A stretch of DNA of 33,221 nt from a virus (lineage: Duplodnaviria; Heunggongvirae; Uroviricota; Caudoviricetes), in IMG/VR virus record IMGVR_UViG_2636415418_000001, positions 1 to 33,221 of that record; one strand, given 5' to 3'. Both the position numbers and the translations under genes were made by a program. Positions 28,840-33,221 of the stretch are shown here, in pieces; within the stretch, counting starts at the first letter, position 1; every line of letters begins with the position of its first letter. The notes beneath the pieces were generated by a model. That model searched no databases. It was given only the letters and a program-made list of their open reading frames with translations, and was not told the DNA's origin.

Positions 28840-29537
28840 ACACTTGCTCCTTTCAGTCCGAACTTAGCTTTGAGTTCTGCGATCTTCGCCAGAGCCTGTG
28901 CACGATTTAGAGGTCTACCGCCCATGACAGGAAGTTGTTTTACTGGTTCAGGGATCGCCTCACCACGGTTAATTCTCGCAGTCATATGGACAAGCTCATC
29001 TGCGGCCTTACGGCGTAATTCCGCATCAGTAAGCGCATTGGCCCGCATGTTCTGATACAGGTTGGTAACCAGCCAGTAGTGCGCGTTTGATTTCCACGGA
29101 TAAGACTCCGCATCCGGATACAGGCCTCGCTTCCGGCAATACTCGTAAACCATATCAACCAGCTCGCTGACGTTTGGCAGTCCGGCGATAACGGATGCTT
29201 CTTCCCGGCACCATGCAATAAACTGCCCGGGTGATGGCAGAAATGGTCGATTCTGCCGACGGGCTACGCGCATTCCAGCGTTAACCTGTTCCATCGTGGT
29301 GATCCCATTTTCCCGGAAAGCCAGAACCCACTGGCGGCGGATTTCGTTCAGTTCGTTCTGGTCCCGGTTAGCCAGGCTCGCCGGGAAAGTTGCCAGTAAC
29401 TGGCTGAACACACCATTGATAATCTGCGCTACCTGCTGTACCTGCGGCTTTTCGTCGTACTGTTCCGGCATGTTATTGGCGATCCGGCACATCTGCTCAC
29501 GGTCAAAGTTAACCATCTGTGCGGCGATGTTTTTCAT
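28836..29537 (-). CDS. P: replication protein P (DnaB helicase loader)
   Basis: 233 aa, near-identical to lambda P. Confidence 0.9.
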   Translation of the reverse strand: MKNIAAQMVNFDREQMCRIANNMPEQYDEKPQVQQVAQIINGVFSQLLATFPASLANRDQNELNEIRRQWVLAFRENGITTMEQVNAGMRVARRQNRPFLPSPGQFIAWCREEASVIAGLPNVSELVDMVYEYCRKRGLYPDAESYPWKSNAHYWLVTNLYQNMRANALTDAELRRKAADELVHMTARINRGEAIPEPVKQLPVMGGRPLNRAQALAKIAELKAKFGLKGASV

Positions 29538-30463
29538 AAATCCACCCCATAAATCCAGTCAGTGTTTGTCAGGTCGAGTTTTGATTTTCCGGCTGTCACG
29601 CCAGCCTGTTGCTTGTTCCGGTTGATTTCGAGCTGGGTCCACTTGTCGCGGAGTTTGGCCGGACTCAGCACGTTACCGGACCAGAAGTTGTCCTGGCAGG
29701 CCCAGCGGAACAGTACACACATGTCGCGGTGGTTACGTCCATCACGTTCACGCATCAGACGGATATCGTTAGCCCACCCTGCAAAATTCGGTTTTCTGGC
29801 TGATGGCGCGATGGTCTTCACCATATCAAACATCCACTCTGCGGCGGTCAGGTCTTCTGCTGTCCCCCACTTGCTGCCGCTCTGAATCGCAGCATCCGCT
29901 TTCACCACAGGAAGGTCGTTTTCTGGCAGGTCAGAGGATTCGCCAGAATTCTCGGACGAATAAGGTTTTATATTGTCTTTTGTTAGTTTGTCTTTTGTGT
30001 TTACCTGATTCGGGTAAGTGCCTTTACCTGATTTGGGTAAACTTTTCTTACCTGATTCAGGTAAATTTACCTCTTTCAGGTAAACTTTATTTTTCTTACC
30101 TGATTCGGGTAATGTTGACCATTCACTGACCACATTATTAATGCCTATATTCCGCCCGCTCTGAATAAAAATCCCACGCTTTACCAGAGCACTTTTTGCA
30201 GCAGAACACTTGTGCGGCAATATCCCGGTCAACTCGGAAAGTTGCTCGTTGCTCACCCAATCCAGTTTTTTATTAAAGCCATATGTTTTGCGCATGACAG
30301 CCAGGAAGACCAGAAGCTGGTGCTGTGTTAATCCGGCCAGCATTACAGCTTCCAGCAACTCATTTGCAATGCGCGTATAACCATCATCGAGATCTGCCAC
30401 GCGCGGCTCCTTTTGTGCCGCATCCGGCACAGGAAAATTGAATATCTCAGCAGTGTTTGCCAT
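29534..30463 (-). CDS. O: replication initiator O
   Basis: Start at MANTAEIFNF with GGGAGG RBS; N-terminus aligns with lambda O; iterons lie inside the gene; the track ORF extends 30 codons further upstream. Confidence 0.85.
   Translation of the reverse strand: MANTAEIFNFPVPDAAQKEPRVADLDDGYTRIANELLEAVMLAGLTQHQLLVFLAVMRKTYGFNKKLDWVSNEQLSELTGILPHKCSAAKSALVKRGIFIQSGRNIGINNVVSEWSTLPESGKKNKVYLKEVNLPESGKKSLPKSGKGTYPNQVNTKDKLTKDNIKPYSSENSGESSDLPENDLPVVKADAAIQSGSKWGTAEDLTAAEWMFDMVKTIAPSARKPNFAGWANDIRLMRERDGRNHRDMCVLFRWACQDNFWSGNVLSPAKLRDKWTQLEINRNKQQAGVTAGKSKLDLTNTDWIYGVDL
30001..30112. repeat. origin of replication: five 17-bp iterons inside the O gene
   Basis: TTACCTGATTCGGGTAA and variants at 30001, 30024, 30048, 30067, 30096; AT-rich stretch at 29960-30000; encode the LPESGKK repeats in O. 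Confidence 0.75.
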
Positions 30464-30549
30464 AATTCCTCCCGCAATGAGTGTGTTACGATTTGCACCT
30501 GAAAGTCGGTTCTGTTCCCGCAGACCGACTTTCGCCATTTTTGAACCTG

Positions 30550-31140
30550 TCATATTGCCCCCAACATGGTGGTAACCATCGCCATCAATGGACCAGCCAG
30601 ATCCGGGTCCACACGAAACATCGACACAATACCTTCACTCATCTCCTTCAGTTTCTGGTGGCGTGGTGCGTTGAGAATGACAGCCTGTTTTGCCTCACTG
30701 AGTTCCTTTTCCATTTCAGCCAACCGAGTCATGAAGCTATCCTGCTCAACCAGGTAACCGCGATATTCCAGCGGTAGTACCGCCAGAATTGCCGGGGTCA
30801 ATTCACGCACGTTATTTCGGTATTTTTCAGAATCGAATTTGTTATCGAGGAAGCGGAACAGCTTCTGGCGTGCACGGCTGACATCATCAGGGAAATCGAT
30901 GGTGCCGCCGCCCTGTGCTCGATACTCATTCACAATGAGTGCGGCAACGACATCCTGATTATCTTCAGCCGACCAGGCGCGGACGGCATCACGAATTTTT
31001 TCGTGGCCTGGCACCTGTTTTGTTTGAGAACGATTTATCACCGCTGTCGGGGTAAATCCGCTAGTCTGTTGGTATGTAAGTGGTTGCATAATTGACTCCT
31101 TTAGTTTGAATTGACTGTTAAGTTGATTGCTTATTGTCAA
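30550..31140 (-). CDS. YdaT-like protein in the cII position
   Basis: Motifs EYRAQGGG and LTPAILAVLP match the YdaT family as recalled; start uncertain (an internal ATG is possible). Confidence 0.6.
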   Translation of the reverse strand: MTISNQLNSQFKLKESIMQPLTYQQTSGFTPTAVINRSQTKQVPGHEKIRDAVRAWSAEDNQDVVAALIVNEYRAQGGGTIDFPDDVSRARQKLFRFLDNKFDSEKYRNNVRELTPAILAVLPLEYRGYLVEQDSFMTRLAEMEKELSEAKQAVILNAPRHQKLKEMSEGIVSMFRVDPDLAGPLMAMVTTMLGAI

Positions 31141-31158
31141 AGAGCGTGAAATGGAAAT

Positions 31159-31389
31159 TTAAGCTGCGTTCTTTTCGGTGTGTGGAAACAACTTCGGAAG
31201 ATCCGGGCGAATCTGGTATGCCTTCACTACTCCACCAGTAGCCGTAACAATGCTGCCGACATGTTCAGGGGATACCTTTGCTTTGTTGTGAAGCCACTTA
31301 TAGACGGCCTGCTGCGAAACTTCACAGGCAGCGCCCAGTTTCTTTTGTGAACCAACGATATTGATCGCTGTTTTGATAGCTGGGTTCAT
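31159..31389 (-). CDS. Cro-like / YdaS-family HTH regulator
   Basis: 76-aa ORF with GSQ…CEVSQQAVYKWL HTH, divergent from the repressor gene. Confidence 0.7.
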   Translation of the reverse strand: MNPAIKTAINIVGSQKKLGAACEVSQQAVYKWLHNKAKVSPEHVGSIVTATGGVVKAYQIRPDLPKLFPHTEKNAA

Positions 31390-31493
31390 AACAACCTCCG
31401 TGGTTAATTTGAATCAAGATTAAAACTATGGTTGTTTTTAGTCAACAACCATTTTCGTTTGATGGAATAAAACCTTGGTTGTACATTTGGACT
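31390..31493. promoter_or_regulatory. immunity switch region with operator-like repeats
   Basis: Recurring ACAACC/GGTTGT half-sites, including a 9-bp perfect inverted repeat ATGGTTGTT-N7-AACAACCAT (31428-31452). Confidence 0.5.
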
Positions 31494-32183
31494 ATGAAAA
31501 CAACACTCTCAGAAAGACTTAAAGAAGCCAGATTAGCGCGAGGCCTTACACAAAAGGCGCTTGGGGATTTGGTCGGGGTTAGCCAAGCTGCTATTCAGAA
31601 AATCGAAACAGGGAAAGCTAACCAAACAACTAAAATCGTGGAGATCGCGAACGCTTTGGGTGTGCGTGCAGAATGGTTATCTTCTGGCGTTGGAAATATG
31701 TCAGACAGTACAGTGCAACCAATACAATCCACTGTCAGCCATTCCAAATACTTCAAGATTGACGTTCTTGATATAGAAGTGAGTGCCGGGCCGGGAGTCA
31801 TCAACCGTGAGTTTGTAGAAGTCCTACGCTCGGTTGAGTACTCGTTTGACGATGCTCGTCACATGTTCGATGGCAGGAAGGCGGAAAATATCCGCATCAT
31901 TAACGTGCGTGGTGACAGCATGTCAGGAACGATCGAACCAGGTGATCTGCTGTTCGTTGATATCACGGTTAAATCTTTCGACGGTGATGGTATCTATGCG
32001 TTTCTGTATGACGACACAGCCCATGTAAAGCGCCTGCAAATGATGAAGGATAAGCTGCTCGTTATCTCTGATAACAAGAGTTACTCACCGTGGGACCCGA
32101 TCGAGAAAGACGAGATGAACCGGGTATTCATTTTCGGGAAAGTCATCGGGAGCATGCCGCAGACGTACAGGAAGCATGGTTGA
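31494..32183 (+). CDS. cI: CI-like repressor (HTH_XRE plus S24 LexA-like peptidase domain)
   Basis: Start at MKTTLSERLKEARL; S24 motif VRGDSMSGTIEPGDLLFVD; the track start at 31428 would place the operator palindrome inside the ORF. Confidence 0.85.
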   Translation: MKTTLSERLKEARLARGLTQKALGDLVGVSQAAIQKIETGKANQTTKIVEIANALGVRAEWLSSGVGNMSDSTVQPIQSTVSHSKYFKIDVLDIEVSAGPGVINREFVEVLRSVEYSFDDARHMFDGRKAENIRIINVRGDSMSGTIEPGDLLFVDITVKSFDGDGIYAFLYDDTAHVKRLQMMKDKLLVISDNKSYSPWDPIEKDEMNRVFIFGKVIGSMPQTYRKHG

Positions 32184-32359
32184 TTTAATGCTCATATTTT
32201 AGCCTTAGAAGGCCATTACAGACAAGTTAAACCTCAGCCCTTTAATTTATTAATACTTTGAATTTTATGTGTTTTTTATGATTGCATTTTATGCCCTGTT
32301 GATATCGCCTCCGTGTGAGTGCATAATTTAACCAAGGCATATTTTCAAGAGATTTCGTC

Positions 32360-32539
32360 ATGATTCGCAAATTATTAAAAATTATTGAATCTAAACCCCC
32401 TAGGGCCACTGATGCAGAGGTTCAGGAAGTTATTGACGAAATAAAGAAAAAACAAAATGAAATTGCCGAAAAGAAGGAAGAGATAAAGAATGACCGTATC
32501 CGCGGCGCAAGAATCACAAACCACCGATTCATTGTATGA
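32360..32539 (+). CDS. small hypothetical protein (59 aa), first ORF downstream of cI
   Basis: Unlisted ORF that I translated by hand; Lys/Glu-rich; weak RBS; overlaps the next ORF by 50 nt, so it may not be real. Confidence 0.3.
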   Translation: MIRKLLKIIESKPPRATDAEVQEVIDEIKKKQNEIAEKKEEIKNDRIRGARITNHRFIV

Positions 32540-33221
32540 TTTTCTATATGTTGATAACAAGCGGGCATCATCGCTCTTGGCACAGATGCATGGGCCTGGT
32601 GTAATAACATCTATCAGACAGGTAACAGCTGAAGTTGACAAATCAGTAAGTGATGCCGGCTTTGACATTAAAATCATTAAGTCAAAACTTGGTGTTGAGG
32701 AAACTATCAATTACACCCATGAAAAAAGCTATGATGCTTCATGGACGCTTCCTATTAACCTCTTAGATAAACTTTCTGAAAATGATCTAATAAAAACAGA
32801 ACTTAATGGTGAAAGACTTGGGAGTACTGTTTTATCTAAAGGCCATGTTCGTATTTTTGATATTTCCATGTTTCAAAAAAGCGTCCCGTTTGTAGCAAAA
32901 ATGCTAAAGGCAGAACGCTCCAAGCTACCGCCAAAAGCAAAAAAAACGAATGATAGTATTGACGAAATCCCCGTCTCGCCCGGTGTCACTTTTGGCATGA
33001 TGAAAGAAGTACTTAATATTGTCCCGAACACATTGCAGGTTGATTTTATTAATGATTTTGGTCAAACCATTTGGATGACTATTAATCGTGATTACCTCAC
33101 CATTAATCCAGACGATATGGTTCTAAAATATGGTGGGAGTATTCCAGGCGAATGGTACGTACTTGGTTTTATCGATGCCCTTCCTGAATATGACCAAGAA
33201 CTTTTGGTGATGCTGCCAACT
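32490..33221 (+). CDS. hypothetical protein, 3'-partial (at least 244 aa), rexA-position cargo
   Basis: ATG at 32490 with GAAGGAAG RBS; open to the window end with no stop; AT-rich; no recognisable motif. Confidence 0.55.
   Translation, partial: MTVSAAQESQTTDSLYDFLYVDNKRASSLLAQMHGPGVITSIRQVTAEVDKSVSDAGFDIKIIKSKLGVEETINYTHEKSYDASWTLPINLLDKLSENDLIKTELNGERLGSTVLSKGHVRIFDISMFQKSVPFVAKMLKAERSKLPPKAKKTNDSIDEIPVSPGVTFGMMKEVLNIVPNTLQVDFINDFGQTIWMTINRDYLTINPDDMVLKYGGSIPGEWYVLGFIDALPEYDQELLVMLPT

Noticed and set aside
30001-30112. Regularly spaced short repeats that could be mistaken for a CRISPR array
   Set aside because: The repeats are 17-bp palindromic iterons with 2-12 bp spacers inside the O coding region; there are no 28-37-bp repeats or 30-40-bp unique spacers.
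31428-31493. Upstream extension of the cI ORF (track start at 31428)
   Set aside because: The extension would encode the operator palindrome; MKTTLSERLKEARL at 31494 is a typical repressor N-terminus, so the shorter ORF is preferred.
32375-32710. Minus-strand ORFs (111 aa and 62 aa) downstream of cI
   Set aside because: Antisense to the better-supported plus-strand ORFs, which have an RBS and continue off the window; the translations are low-complexity.
1-33221. Integrase, excisionase and attachment sites
   Set aside because: None could be identified in the window; the integration module presumably lies beyond the right edge, so prophage boundaries cannot be set from this sequence.

Overview
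The window is almost entirely one temperate, mosaic lambdoid prophage of the e14/SfV type (lambda-like early region, HK97-like head, Mu-like contractile tail), most likely from Escherichia/Shigella. All structural and early genes run right-to-left on the minus strand: cro-like/YdaT-like/O (with ori iterons)/P/ren, a DLP12-like nin region (ybcN, ninE, ybcO, rusA, ylcG), Q, a pR'-tR' unit, lysis genes (holin, R endolysin, Rz/Rz1), HNH endonuclease, small and large terminase, portal, protease, major capsid, connectors, then sheath, tube, frameshifted chaperone, tape measure, Mu N/P/spike/gp46/J/gp48-like baseplate genes and a tail fiber with an invertible host-range cassette. The cI repressor is divergent on the plus strand. 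Four AT-rich cargo islands sit at classical moron positions and are the main candidates for novel biology: (1) a TIR-domain protein between ren and ybcN, (2) an orphan 287-aa gene between Rz and the HNH gene, (3) an unrecognised module downstream of cI in the rexAB-equivalent position, running off the window end, and (4) a DUF262/DUF1524 (GmrSD-like) gene whose acquisition appears to have truncated the pin invertase gene. The tail-fiber invertible segment still has both 26-bp crossover sites and both alternative cassettes. No rRNA, tRNA, CRISPR array, integrase or att site was found in the window. All calls are from reading the sequence and remembered family signatures; no database search was run.
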